In this document: piece after piece, positions 38,301 through 49,262 of the stretch | How the letters are laid out: each line of letters opens with the position of its first letter | Position numbering within the stretch: position 1 is the stretch's first letter | Assembly: GCA_950097015.1 (NCBI GenBank) | Contig: CATNEN010000001.1 | Coordinates: forward strand, 8,928,001 to 8,992,000 | DNA length: 64,000 bases | Origin: Macrostomum hystrix | Lineage: Eukaryota; Animalia; Platyhelminthes | Direction of reading: 5' to 3' | Translations under genes and position numbers: made by a program | Notes under the pieces: generated by a model | The model's input: the letters and a program-made list of their open reading frames with translations, nothing else | Databases searched by the model: none | Told to the model about the DNA's origin: nothing

Positions 38301-38514
38301 GGCCCGAAAATTCTCGTCGGGCCGGTTGCCTAGCCGTTGCGCGCAGCCCAATCGGCGCTGCAGCTGGTTGCAGCTGGGAAAAACCGCTGCTCAGGCCGCT
38401 TTGCGATGCTGTTGCCGGCCGCAGGGTCTCCTCACCGAAAAGGTCAGGGCCCCAACAACTAAACTGTTACCATGGGCCCCCTAAACTGGTTCTGCCCGGA
38501 ATTCCCACTTTGTT

Positions 38515-38570
38515 CCCATTGGCTGGCGGTTAGACCGCCACGTCTCTCTAAATTAGCCCTATAAAAACAA
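38515..38570 (+). promoter_or_regulatory. Pol II promoter: inverted CCAAT plus TATA
   Basis: ATTGG at 38518 and TATAAAA at 38560, about 120 nt upstream of the ATG at 38683. Confidence 0.5.
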
Positions 38571-38682
38571 ACACTTGACGCCCCATTAACTTCAAGCCTG
38601 TTATCTCGTAAACAACTATCCGACTGCAATTTTCGCTAAGTTTCGGACATTATTGCTCGTGCACCAACCATTGCCCGCGATC

Positions 38683-39395
38683 ATGGCCCAGCAGCAGCCT
38701 GAAGGAGAGAGGTGAGTTGTTTAACTTCTACTCGGCCCCCCAAGGCCGGTTATTAAGGATAATTGCGAGGGTTATGTCATAATCATTAGGATAAACAGAA
38801 TCCCCCTTACCCACGGCACACCTAATTATCCAAAAAGTTGAAATTGACCCTGACCCGAAACTGTGAAAAACCCTGTCCTGGTTAGAGATCGGTTAAATTG
38901 GAAAGTATTTAGATTGCCATTTTCAACACTATTCTGTCCCCGCCTAATCTGGCTACACCCTCCTTCCATTTCCAGCGATTACCTGCCCGGATTTCTAGAT
39001 CCGCCTCGGCGCCGGGCCAGCTCAGGCGGCCCCATAACTATGTCGTTTGTGATGAGTAAGTCAAACCTATTGTTATCCTACATTCCTACTTCCTCACAAA
39101 TTCCACCTTTTTGACCCTTCCTCCCTACTATCGCCACACCGCGATATGGCCACCATTTGATCCATATCCCAAGAAAGATTCCGGCTAACTCCTACCCCTG
39201 ATTCAAAAAGAAACTCCGATGTCTAAAGATCAACCCGCCCTCCCATCTTCCGCAGATATCAACGTGCCCGAAGGGCGCGAGCAGGCCGTAGCTGCCATCG
39301 CTATGAGCTTCCTCAGGGGCCCCATTGGCCTGACGCTGTGCGTGGCCACGATCACCGCGGCCCTCGTCATGGCTGCCATGATATGGCTCCTATGA
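38683..39395 (+). CDS. Predicted 82-aa three-exon microprotein with a C-terminal TM helix
   Basis: Exons 38683-38711 (GTGAG donor), 38976-39055 (TTTCCAG / GTAAG) and 39256-39395 (CTTCCGCAG) are phase-consistent (2 then 1) and total 249 nt. Confidence 0.6.
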
Positions 39396-39549
39396 CCTTC
39401 GCTCAACTAGATGCCAACACAGTGCAACAAAGCGCAACCTCCGACAATCTACCGACGCAGTCGCCCAAGCCGCAGCAACCGACAAGAAGCAACGACGCCA
39501 ATCCGCAGCTCCAACACAAGCCAGCAGCAACACCACTGAGGACACTGAG

Positions 39550-40149
39550 ATGCTTTCTCCCCCCGCATCTAGTACATTCTCTCCCAACAACACCATCGTC
39601 CAAGTCCAAGTCCAAACCCAAGTCCCAGCCCAAGTCCAAGCCCAAGCCCAAGTCCAATTCCAAGCCCAAGCCCAAGCCGACAAGACGAGCCCAATCAGCA
39701 GTCCGAGCGACTCCAATGCTGGTTCAACAACGGCGAGTGCACGAAACTCCAAAGGTAGTAACTCTTCTTCTTGCACTTCCACATCGTCCAAAAGCCTTGA
39801 CTTGCTTGCCATCAACAGTCTTGGGTGCTACACCAAATTTCTTATCCTTGACACCTGTCCAGTCGACTTTTATCCGAACGCCTTCACCAATCTTGCCGAT
39901 GACCTCCTAAAAACGATCCAGGATGAAATTCTTCTTCTTGCGACCACGCACCGCTCTCAAGGTCGTCCGGAACCGAGACAAATTGTCTTGTACGGACCTT
40001 CTTACTCTTACTCCGGAGAAACCATCCAGGCAAACAACAACTGGCATCCGATCATCCGCAATCTTGCTCAACTCCTGTCGTCTCAACTTGACTTACCGGC
40101 CTTCAATTCTTGTCTTGTCAACGTCTACCGAACCGGCAACGACTTCGTA
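39550..40149 (+). pseudogene. AlkB-family (ALKBH2/3-like) 2OG-Fe(II) dioxygenase, truncated by a transposon end
   Basis: EPRQIVLYG-SYSYSG...W...FNSCLVNVYRTGNDFV matches the AlkB consensus. It is cut just before the HxD motif. The frame is open from 39382. Confidence 0.75.
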
Positions 40150-42938
40150 CCCGGTGGGACAGCTTTTTGGGGCGCAGAGTGGGGCGCCGTGCGCCCCGCT
40201 ATACGCCCAGCCGGCGCCGGGGCGCATAGTGATTTTCCTATACGCCCTTGCTATACGCCTCCCGCCGCCTGGGCGCATAGTGATTTTCCTATACGCCCTT
40301 GCTATACGCCTCCCGCCGCCTGGGCGCACGGTTTTGTAAACATCACTTTTTACGCGGTTTTTTTTTCTTTTCGTGTAGTACACGTGACTTATGGTTGCAG
40401 AAAAATATTATTTCACTTTTAACATGTCTAGTTGCTCTTAAATTTGGAAATATTGTTTGCATCATTTTCGAAATTTTCTACTAAATTTTCCAACTTTTTT
40501 TTCGTATGCGAAAATATTTGGAGGAAGATTAATTCGCCATGTGCTACTATTAGTAGAAACGATAGGATACTGTTTCAGTCATATCCTATAGCTCATTCTT
40601 TCCGAAAGACCTGCTCATGTAGACTGAAATTATATGACTCTGCATGACAACTTAGTATAATAGCTAGCTAGTATATAAATTAACACGGTTGCTTCTAATT
40701 TTCAATTTCCTCTACATTTATCATAGAGCATAGGGACTCAAAATTCGTCGAGATCAATCTGGATTAAGGGAGGTCCCAAAATCGATTCCGTGCCTTCCCT
40801 AGAATCCCTAGATTCCCTAGATTAGTAGGGTGAGAGGGAGATCAGTAGGGTGAGATGGAGAGCAGGTATGGTGAAAGGGGGATCAGGTAGGGTGAGAGGG
40901 AGAGCAGTAGGGTGAGAGTAAGTGTGGTAGTAATATGCAGTAGAGTGAGAGGAAGTGGGATAGTGAGATGCAGTAGAGTGAGAGGAAGTGTGGTAGTGAG
41001 ATGCAGTAGAGTGAGGGGAAGTGGGGTAGTGAGATGTAGTAGAATGTTTAAATTTTAATTACGATTAATTTCATTAATGCCATTAATGGCATGAGAAGTC
41101 AGAAAGAGATCAAAGAAAATATTTGAGACAGAAAGAGTTTAAATTTTTAGTTTCGCATTAGTTGATTTCTCTCGTAGGCACCAGTTAAGTTTGGCATGCT
41201 TAGTCACTCTTTAACTGACCATATATTTATAGACATATATTTGTTTTAAGATTTGTATTAGTTAATTAAAATGTTTGAAACAACGAAATGAACTAAGCCT
41301 TCATCCCGCATGTGTTCAGTCGGTATACAACAAGTAAAAATTTAAAGCTCAGTTTAATGACAACCCAGATCCTCAGTTTGGTGACAATCCCAGATCCTCA
41401 ATGTGCCAACGAGACACTGCTCTAGAGTTCTGGTGAGCTTTAAAACTGTGTGACTGTACGTCACTTTTCGCTGCTTTCTAAATAGCTTCATTGCCAACAT
41501 GTACATGCGTGAACGCATGTCTTTCCTTTACATTTTCGGTGCTAGAAAACGTCTCTATCCCTGCTCCGCTGATTTCCGTTCTAGAAACTTCTTATCAGTC
41601 CTAGCTGTCATGCTCAGCTCGAACGGCAATTCCCAGCTCTGTTTGTTCATGTGCTGCTCTAAAAATAGCACTGGGAAAGTCGCATGCATGCAATATCCCA
41701 TTGCTCATAGAGCCCGGGATTTTCTAGGTGACTTTCCAGGTTAATAAGTTCGAGTGGAAATCATTTAAAATCATGAAACCAACTCAGTCGTGTAGGAAAT
41801 CATTTCTAGATAGATTTTCAATTGAATCCGACTCGATAAACTGTGCTCAAATCTATTGGGACACCGACGACAGCCATATAGTACTGACATAGTCAGAGTC
41901 AAGATAAAATTTTCTAGGTGACTTTCCAGGTTAATAAGTTCGAGTGGAAATCATTTGAGAATAGAAACCAACTCAGTCGTGTAGGAAATCATTTCTAGAT
42001 AGATTTTCAATTGAATCCGACCCGATAAAGTTTGGCATGCTTATAGTCACTCTTTAACTGAGCATATATTCCGATAAGCTTCTAAGTCTAAGCTTCCGAT
42101 ATGGGCGGCACCGGCCGCCTCCTCGCTGCGTCCGTCATGGAGGCTCCCTGCCGCTAAGTCAAGTAAGTCAAGAGCATATATTTATTTAATTATTTATTTA
42201 TTTAATGGTTTGTATTAGTTAATTAAAAAAATTAAGCAATTAAATGAACTAAGCATTGATACAACACTGATACAACACAACAACAATGATACAACATTGA
42301 TACGATACAACGATACAATGATACAACAATATATAAACATTTAAAGCTCAGTTTAATGACAATCCCAGATCCTCAGTTTGGTTACAATCCCAGATTGGTG
42401 ATAATCCCCCAGATAAAAAGTTTTAAACAATGAAATGAACTAAGCATTGATACAACACTGATACAACACAACAACAATGATACAACATTGATACGATACA
42501 ACGATACAAAGATACAACAATATATAAACATTTAAAGCTCAGTTTAATGACAATTATCCCAGATCCTCAGTTTGGTGACAATCCCAGAACCTCTGTTTGG
42601 TTACAATCCCAGATCCTCTGTTTGGTGACAATCCCAGATCCTCAGTGTGGGACAATCCCAGATTGGTGATAATCCCCCAGATAAAAAGTTTCAAACAATG
42701 AAATGAACTAAGCATTGATACAACACTGATACAACACAACAACAATGATACAACATTGATACGATATGTAAGATTGTTGGCAACATGTTTGCACGCGCTA
42801 TGTACGTTTGCATGCTGTACAATGATGTACATTAATCGTCAAAATATAAGCGAGTGAGTTGACGCCTTAAAGTGGCGAGAATTTGGTCTACGCTACAATC
42901 TCGTTTTCGGCGGCTTACATTGGTGGCAGCGTGTGGCT

Positions 42939-43781
42939 ATGAAAAAAAGTGAGAGCAGTGCTAGTGCAGAGAGTCCTGCAGTGGCTGTAGCGCAAGCCAG
43001 TTTTGTCAACATGTTTCTGCGACCGCCCCAATACCAGTATGGGCAAGATTTTGAGCTCTGGCTGGCGCGTTTCAACAACTTTGCATCGTCCTTTCCGGAG
43101 GATCAGCGCAAAAATGCTCTACTGACATTCCTCGATGACAAAGCGTACCAAGCGGCCAGCAATCTGGCAGCTGCCCACTCCTACAGCGATTTTGAAAAGG
43201 CTTTGCTCAGTCGTTTCCGGCCATCTGCATCCTCTGCTGAGCTGCAAGCCCAGTTCTTCAGCCTTACTCAGAAGGACGGGCAGTCGGTTGCAGAGTACTC
43301 CGATGCCCTGGTCATCGCGGTGAAGCGCGCTTTTCCAAGTCTAGAGGAGCCTGCGACTGATGAGCGCAGGATGACGGAAGTGACAGCGAAGGATGAGCTG
43401 CTCAAAGGTCGGTTTCTTTCTGGATTGAGAAACCCAGCTGTGCGGATGCAGACGCAGATGCAGCCGAAAGCGACGTTCACTGAGACGGTGGAAACAGCGA
43501 AGTTCGTCGAATCAGTGCAGTCACAAGGAGGCGCCGCCATTGCACTGGCTGCTGAGGCCCCCGAGGCTTTTGCTGTTGGAATTCAGCGGTCTCTGCAGGA
43601 GCTGTCGAACAAGCTCAGCCGTCTGGAGTCGAAAGAGCAAGATCGTCGTGGAAGCGGCGACAGACGTGGAGTCGTGACGTGCTGGAGGTGCGGTAAGCCG
43701 GGCCACGTTCAAAGATTCTGCTCTCAGAAGTCGGGAAACTTCAATGGAGCGGCGACCGCCGGGGTGCCGTTCCGCAAGTGA
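42939..43781 (+). CDS. gag: Gag with CCHC zinc knuckle
   Basis: ATG at 42939; capsid-like region; CWRCGKPGHVQRFC. Confidence 0.92.
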   Translation: MKKSESSASAESPAVAVAQASFVNMFLRPPQYQYGQDFELWLARFNNFASSFPEDQRKNALLTFLDDKAYQAASNLAAAHSYSDFEKALLSRFRPSASSAELQAQFFSLTQKDGQSVAEYSDALVIAVKRAFPSLEEPATDERRMTEVTAKDELLKGRFLSGLRNPAVRMQTQMQPKATFTETVETAKFVESVQSQGGAAIALAAEAPEAFAVGIQRSLQELSNKLSRLESKEQDRRGSGDRRGVVTCWRCGKPGHVQRFCSQKSGNFNGAATAGVPFRK

Positions 43782-43792
43782 GAATCCCGGCG
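43733..43792 (+). promoter_or_regulatory. -1 ribosomal frameshift signal (G GGA AAC plus H-type pseudoknot)
   Basis: Slippery heptamer at 43733-43739 in the gag frame and a 6-nt spacer. Stem 1 pairs 43746-43754 with 43765-43773; stem 2 pairs 43757-43763 with 43786-43792. Pol is in the -1 frame. Confidence 0.85.
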
Positions 43793-46700
43793 CAGCCAGT
43801 CCTGGAGGTGTCCTGCTCAGCCACCGGCGCCAACATGCTGGTGCAGTGCCGCATTCTGCCGATGGGTGTCCCTGCCAGCTGTTTGGTTGACACTGGGTGT
43901 TCACAGTCGCTGATGTCGAGTTCCCTGTTTCGTAAGCTGAATGAGAAACTCTTGCCGTTGGCGACTCCCGTGCATCTGAAGCTAGCAGACGGCAACTATT
44001 TGGCAGCCTGTGGTTGGCAGGAAGTGCAGCTGAGTTTCGGTGTTGCGACTGTTCGGCAGGAGGTGTTGATCGTCAACGATCTGGCGAAGGATTTTTTGTT
44101 GGGTGCAGATTTCCTGAGAAGTTGTGGCTGCATCATCGACTGCAATCGGCAAACGCTCAGTGTGTGCGGTCAGCTAGTAAAAATGGAATCTTCAGCACAA
44201 GGGAGTGGTGCATTCGCCGTTGAAGTGGTGGACCGTACAACTGTACCCGCTGGTCATGAAATCGTGTTTCCTGCGAGACTTGCGACTGGATCAGCGACTG
44301 CTGTTAATGGTGAGTGCGGAATCTTTGAGCCCGACAATTCAAAGGAAATCTCAAATGTCCTGTGTGGAGCGCGCAGCCTCTCTGTGATGCGAGGCGGACT
44401 CATCGCTGTGCACTATGTCAACACGGACACTAAGCCTCATACTTTTTACCCCGGAACCAAGCTGGGGAGTTTCGAGCCGATGGAGACGGAGTCGCTAATG
44501 CATGTTGAGTCAGTGAACGACCAAGAAATTGAGCATGGACCCGATGTTGTAGCGCAAGTGCATATCGATGAGAACAATCTGACAGCCAATCAAGTCCGAA
44601 GTGTCAAGGATATGCTGCATCAGTACCGAGATGTGTTTTCAAAGAGTCCGAACGACCTGGGCTGCACTACACTGCTAGACCACAAAATCGACACGGGGTC
44701 GGCCCAGCCCATCAGAGTACCTCCTCGGCGGTTATCGCCTCCGAACCAGCGAGCGGTGTCGGAGATGGTCGAGCAGATGGTGCGAGACGACATCGTAGAG
44801 CCGTCGAGTTCTCCATGGTCGAGCCCAGTCATCCTGGTGAAGAAGAAGGACGGTAGTTTGCGTTTCGTGAACGATTTCAGACTGCTCAACTCTGTGACCG
44901 TGAAGGACAGTCATCCACTGCCTCACACCAGCGATCTGATCGACGCCTTGGCAGGGTCCACGATGTTTTCGACGCTAGATTTCACCAGCGGCTACTCTCA
45001 GGTGATGTTGGACTCGGAGAGTCGTGAAAAAACGGCATTTCCTGCGCCACAGGGATTGTTCCAGTACAAGAGGCTGCCTCAAGGAGTCTGCAACGGGCCT
45101 GCCACATTCTCGAGACTGATGGAACTTGTGCTGAAGGGTCTTCGGTGGGAAGTGTGTCTATCATTTCTCGATGACGTAGTAATATTTTCGAAAGGATTCG
45201 AGGAGCATCTTCGGAGACTTCAGCTTGTGCTGCAGAAATTTAGAACCGCAAATCTGAAGTTAAAGCCGACAAAGTGCCACTTGTGCTATCAAGAAATCTC
45301 TTTTCTTGGCTTTCGAATCTCCAAGGACGGTGTGACAACTGATCCGGACAAGGCAAAGGCAGTACAGGAGTGGCCAATGCCTGAGGACCGTTCAGAAGTG
45401 CGGCAGTTTCTGGGACTGTGCGGCTACTATCGTCAGTTCGTCAAAAACTACAGCGAGATTGCTGCGCCATTGTACGAACTAACGCAGAAGGATGTGGCTT
45501 TCAACTGGTCTCCGGAGTGCTCAGCGGCATTCAATCAACTGAAGCAGTGCCTGACATCCAGCCCGGTCCTCATCATGCCGACATTCGCAGAAGACGCCGA
45601 GTTTGTGCTGGACACCGATGCCTCCGGCGTGGCTATCTCAGGAGTTCTACAGGAGCGCCGTGGTGACAGGACACAGGTGGTGGCGTACGGCAGTCGAATC
45701 CTGTCCAAGGCAGAACGAAATTACTGCACAACGAGACGAGAGTTGCTGGCAATTGTGCACTTCGTCGGTCACTATCGCAGCTATTTGCTGGGAAAGAAAT
45801 TCACCCTGCGCACTGACCACGCATCGCTGATTCATCTGCTGCGTTTCCGAGATCCTGATGGTCAGCTGGCCCGGTGGCTGGACAAACTCAGCGAGTTCGA
45901 CTACCAGACTGAGTACCGCAAGGGCGAAAAACATGGCAATGCAGACGCACTGAGTCGGCGACCGTGTCGAAAAGATCCCTGCCTGTGCAGCGGCTCTGCC
46001 CTCTCTGTCGAGTTCAAAGATGACAGCGCAATTCGGCGAGCCCAGGCAGCGGATCGGTGCATGCAGCAGCTGGCGAACTATTTGCGAACTGGCGGACAAC
46101 CAGCAAAGGCGGAGACAGATAGCTGGAGCAATCGGCAGCGGCAGCTTCTGTCCGAGTTCCAGCGGCTGACGCTGGTAGACGGTCTGCTGTGCCGCCGGTG
46201 GGAGTCAGATGATGGCAGCGCCATTTGTCAGCAGCTGGTGGTGCCGGAAAGTCTGCAGCACGATGTTTTCGCCGAAGCTCATGCTGGAACGAGCGGCAGC
46301 CACTGCGGTACGCAGAAGACCATCGAAAAGATCAGGGCGCGACTCTACTGGCCTGGAATGACAGCAGACGTCTCTGACTGGTGCGCCACGTGCAGTGAAT
46401 GCGCAAGACTGAAGGACTCCGGTCAGCACAGGCGGGCGCCTCTGCAGAGCATGGCAATCGGCAGCGTTGGTCAGCGACTTGAAATGGACTTCATGGTGGG
46501 CTTGCCGAGAACTGAGCGAGGAAATTCAGTTATCCTGGTCGTCATCGACACCTTCAGCAAATGGACCGAGGCCTTCCCACTGCCATCCCAAGACGCTGAG
46601 ACTACAGCCCGCACATTTGTCAACGAGTGGGTGGCTCGCTTCGGAGTTCCGCAGTCAGTGCACACGGACCAGGGCCGGAACTGGGAGTCGCAGTTGTTTA

Positions 46701-47644
46701 AAGAGACGATGCGGATGTTGCAGATCGACAAAACGCGGACGACAGGCTATCACCCTGAAGGAGACGGCGGCTGCGAACGGATGAACCGGACGCTGGTGCA
46801 GCTGCTGCGAGCCTGGGTGAACGAGAACCAGCGAGACTGGGACCTTCATCTGCAGATTGCACTCATGGGCTACCGCACTTCAGTACACAAGTCAACTGGT
46901 CAGACACCCTCGGCGATGCATCTCGGCCGGGAACTACGGCTGCCGCTGGACTTGGCCTACGGAGGTCTGGCGCCTGACGACCGCCGCCCGTGCGAGTGGG
47001 TGGCCGAATTGCGGACCCGCATGCAGACGTCGCACGAGAGGGCGAGGCAAAGCCTGGAGACAGCGCAGCTGCACCAGAAGGTGGAGTACGACAAGCGGTG
47101 CCACGGCGAAGCTTTCAGCGAGGGCGATCTGGTATGGCTACACAATCCAGCACTCAAGCAAGGTGAGTGCCGCAAATTTCACCGCTGGTGGACCGGGCCA
47201 TGGCGTATTAAAAAGAAAATTTCGGATGTTATCTACCGCATTCAGCTCGAGACCAACGCGCGGAAGAAGCGGGTCGTGCACTTCAATCGCCTGAAGTCCT
47301 GCAAGGCGGCCAGTCCAGTCGGCGCCCCAGTCGGCGCCCCAGTCGGCGCCCCAGTCGACGCTCCAGTCGGCGCCCCAGTCGGCGCTCCAGCCGGCGCTCC
47401 AGTCGGCGCCCCAGTCGGCGCTCCAGTCGGCGCCCCAGTCGGCGCTCCAGTCGGCGCCCCGGTCGGCGCTCCAGTCGGCGCCCCGGTCGGCGCCCCAGCT
47501 GGCGCCCCAGTCGGCGCCCCAGTCGGCGCTCCAGTCGACGCCCCAGCCGGCGCCCCAGCCGGCGCCCCTATCGTTGTCGAATTACGTCGGAGTGAAAGGA
47601 CCCGTGCTCCTCCAGAGTTTTTCGGTGAAGTTTATACCCATTGA
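43778..47644 (+). CDS. pol: Pol: protease-RT-RNase H-integrase, uninterrupted
   Basis: LVDTG, FLDD, LDTDAS, HHCC, HTDQG...E, GPW motif. Confidence 0.96.
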   Translation: MRIPAQPVLEVSCSATGANMLVQCRILPMGVPASCLVDTGCSQSLMSSSLFRKLNEKLLPLATPVHLKLADGNYLAACGWQEVQLSFGVATVRQEVLIVNDLAKDFLLGADFLRSCGCIIDCNRQTLSVCGQLVKMESSAQGSGAFAVEVVDRTTVPAGHEIVFPARLATGSATAVNGECGIFEPDNSKEISNVLCGARSLSVMRGGLIAVHYVNTDTKPHTFYPGTKLGSFEPMETESLMHVESVNDQEIEHGPDVVAQVHIDENNLTANQVRSVKDMLHQYRDVFSKSPNDLGCTTLLDHKIDTGSAQPIRVPPRRLSPPNQRAVSEMVEQMVRDDIVEPSSSPWSSPVILVKKKDGSLRFVNDFRLLNSVTVKDSHPLPHTSDLIDALAGSTMFSTLDFTSGYSQVMLDSESREKTAFPAPQGLFQYKRLPQGVCNGPATFSRLMELVLKGLRWEVCLSFLDDVVIFSKGFEEHLRRLQLVLQKFRTANLKLKPTKCHLCYQEISFLGFRISKDGVTTDPDKAKAVQEWPMPEDRSEVRQFLGLCGYYRQFVKNYSEIAAPLYELTQKDVAFNWSPECSAAFNQLKQCLTSSPVLIMPTFAEDAEFVLDTDASGVAISGVLQERRGDRTQVVAYGSRILSKAERNYCTTRRELLAIVHFVGHYRSYLLGKKFTLRTDHASLIHLLRFRDPDGQLARWLDKLSEFDYQTEYRKGEKHGNADALSRRPCRKDPCLCSGSALSVEFKDDSAIRRAQAADRCMQQLANYLRTGGQPAKAETDSWSNRQRQLLSEFQRLTLVDGLLCRRWESDDGSAICQQLVVPESLQHDVFAEAHAGTSGSHCGTQKTIEKIRARLYWPGMTADVSDWCATCSECARLKDSGQHRRAPLQSMAIGSVGQRLEMDFMVGLPRTERGNSVILVVIDTFSKWTEAFPLPSQDAETTARTFVNEWVARFGVPQSVHTDQGRNWESQLFKETMRMLQIDKTRTTGYHPEGDGGCERMNRTLVQLLRAWVNENQRDWDLHLQIALMGYRTSVHKSTGQTPSAMHLGRELRLPLDLAYGGLAPDDRRPCEWVAELRTRMQTSHERARQSLETAQLHQKVEYDKRCHGEAFSEGDLVWLHNPALKQGECRKFHRWWTGPWRIKKKISDVIYRIQLETNARKKRVVHFNRLKSCKAASPVGAPVGAPVGAPVDAPVGAPVGAPAGAPVGAPVGAPVGAPVGAPVGAPVGAPVGAPVGAPAGAPVGAPVGAPVDAPAGAPAGAPIVVELRRSERTRAPPEFFGEVYTH

Positions 47645-49262
47645 AAATAATGTTAGATATTTTTGCAAACGCTGCTGTCAGATCAGTTTTTTTTATATCA
47701 GATCAATATTTTTTCATTTTATCTTCCTATTTTATTATTCCATTGAGTTACTGTTGCAACAATACGCTCGTAATATAAATATTTTTTTTACAAAATAACT
47801 CGTTCTTTTTTTATTAAATTAGAAACTCGAATATTGTAAAAGTGAGTGGAACACTTTTTTTTCGAAGAAGGAGAGCATTGTAAGATTGTTGGCAACATGT
47901 TTGCACGCGCTATGTACGTTTGCATGCTGTACAATGATGTACATTAATCGTCAAAATATAAGCGAGTGAGTTGACGCCTTAAAGTGGCGAGAATTTGGTC
48001 TACGCTACAATCTCGTTTTCGGCGGCTTACAGATACAACGATACAATGATACAACAATATATAAAAATTTAAAGCTCAGTTTAATGACAATTATCCCAGA
48101 TCCTCAGTTTGGTGACAATCCCAGAACCTCTGTTTGGTGACAATCCCAGATCCTCTGTTTGGGACAATCCCAGATCCTCAGTTTGGTGACAATCCCAGAT
48201 CCTCAGTTTAATGACAATTATCCCAGATCCTCAGTTTGGTGACAATCCCAGATCCTCAGTTTGGTGACAATCCCAGATTCTTAGTTTCGTGACAATCCCA
48301 GATCCTCTGTTTGGTGACAATCCCAGATCCTCAGTGTGGGACAATCCCAGATTGGTGATAATCCCCCAGATAAAAAGTTTCAAACAATGAAATGAACTAA
48401 GCATTGATACAACACTGATACAACACAACAACAATGATGCAACATTGATACGATACAACGATACAATGATACAACAATATATAAACATTTAAAGCTCAGT
48501 TTAATGACAATCCCAGATCCTCAGTTTGGTTACAATCCCAGATTGGTGATAATCCCCCAGGTAAAAAGTTTCAAACAATGAAATGAACTAAGCATTGATA
48601 CAACACTGATACAACACAACAACAATGATACAACATTGATACGATACAACGATACAAAGATACAACAATATATAAACATTTAAAGCTCAGTTTAATGACA
48701 ATCCCAGATCCTCAGTTTGGTTACAATCCCAGATTGGTGATAATCCCCCAGGTAAAAAGTTTCAAACAATGAAATGAACTAAGCATTGATACAACACTGA
48801 TACAACACAACAACAATGATACAACATTGATACGATACAACGATACAATGATACAACAATATATAAAAATTTAAAGCTCAGTTTAATGACAATTATCCCA
48901 GATCCTCAGTTTGGTGACAATCCCAGAACCTCTGTTTGGTGACAATCCCAGATCCTCTGTTTGGGACAATACCAGATCCTCAGTTTCGTGACAATCCCAG
49001 ATCCTCAGTTTAATGACAATTATCCCAGATCCTCAGTTTGGTGACAATCCCTGATCCTCAGTTTGGTGACAATCCCAGATCCTCAGTTTGGTGACAATCC
49101 CAGATTCTCAGTTTCGTGACAATCCCAGATCCTCAGTTTCGTGACAATCCCAGATCCTCAGTTTGGGGACAATCAGTCCATGACAACTAAATAAAAAAAC
49201 GACGAAACTAATTCACTAAGTTGACTTATGCTGGAATGCCGGATGCTGTTGCCAGGGGCCGG

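Larger units (their letters stand above)
42767..48031 (+). mobile_element. Intact Ty3/Gypsy LTR retrotransposon (5265 bp)
   Basis: Identical 153-bp LTRs at 42767-42919 and 47879-48031 (TGTAAG...CTTACA). TSD GATA. PBS TGGTGGCAGCG at 42921 (tRNA-Leu-like). PPT GAAGAAGGAGAG at 47864-47875. Confidence 0.97.
41340..49175. repeat. Composite satellite (22-bp GACAATCCCAGATCCTCAGTTTG subunits plus GATACAAC-rich block), split by the Gypsy insertion
   Basis: Higher-order units at 42240-42766 and 48032-49175, with a short piece at ~41340-41400. Confidence 0.85.
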
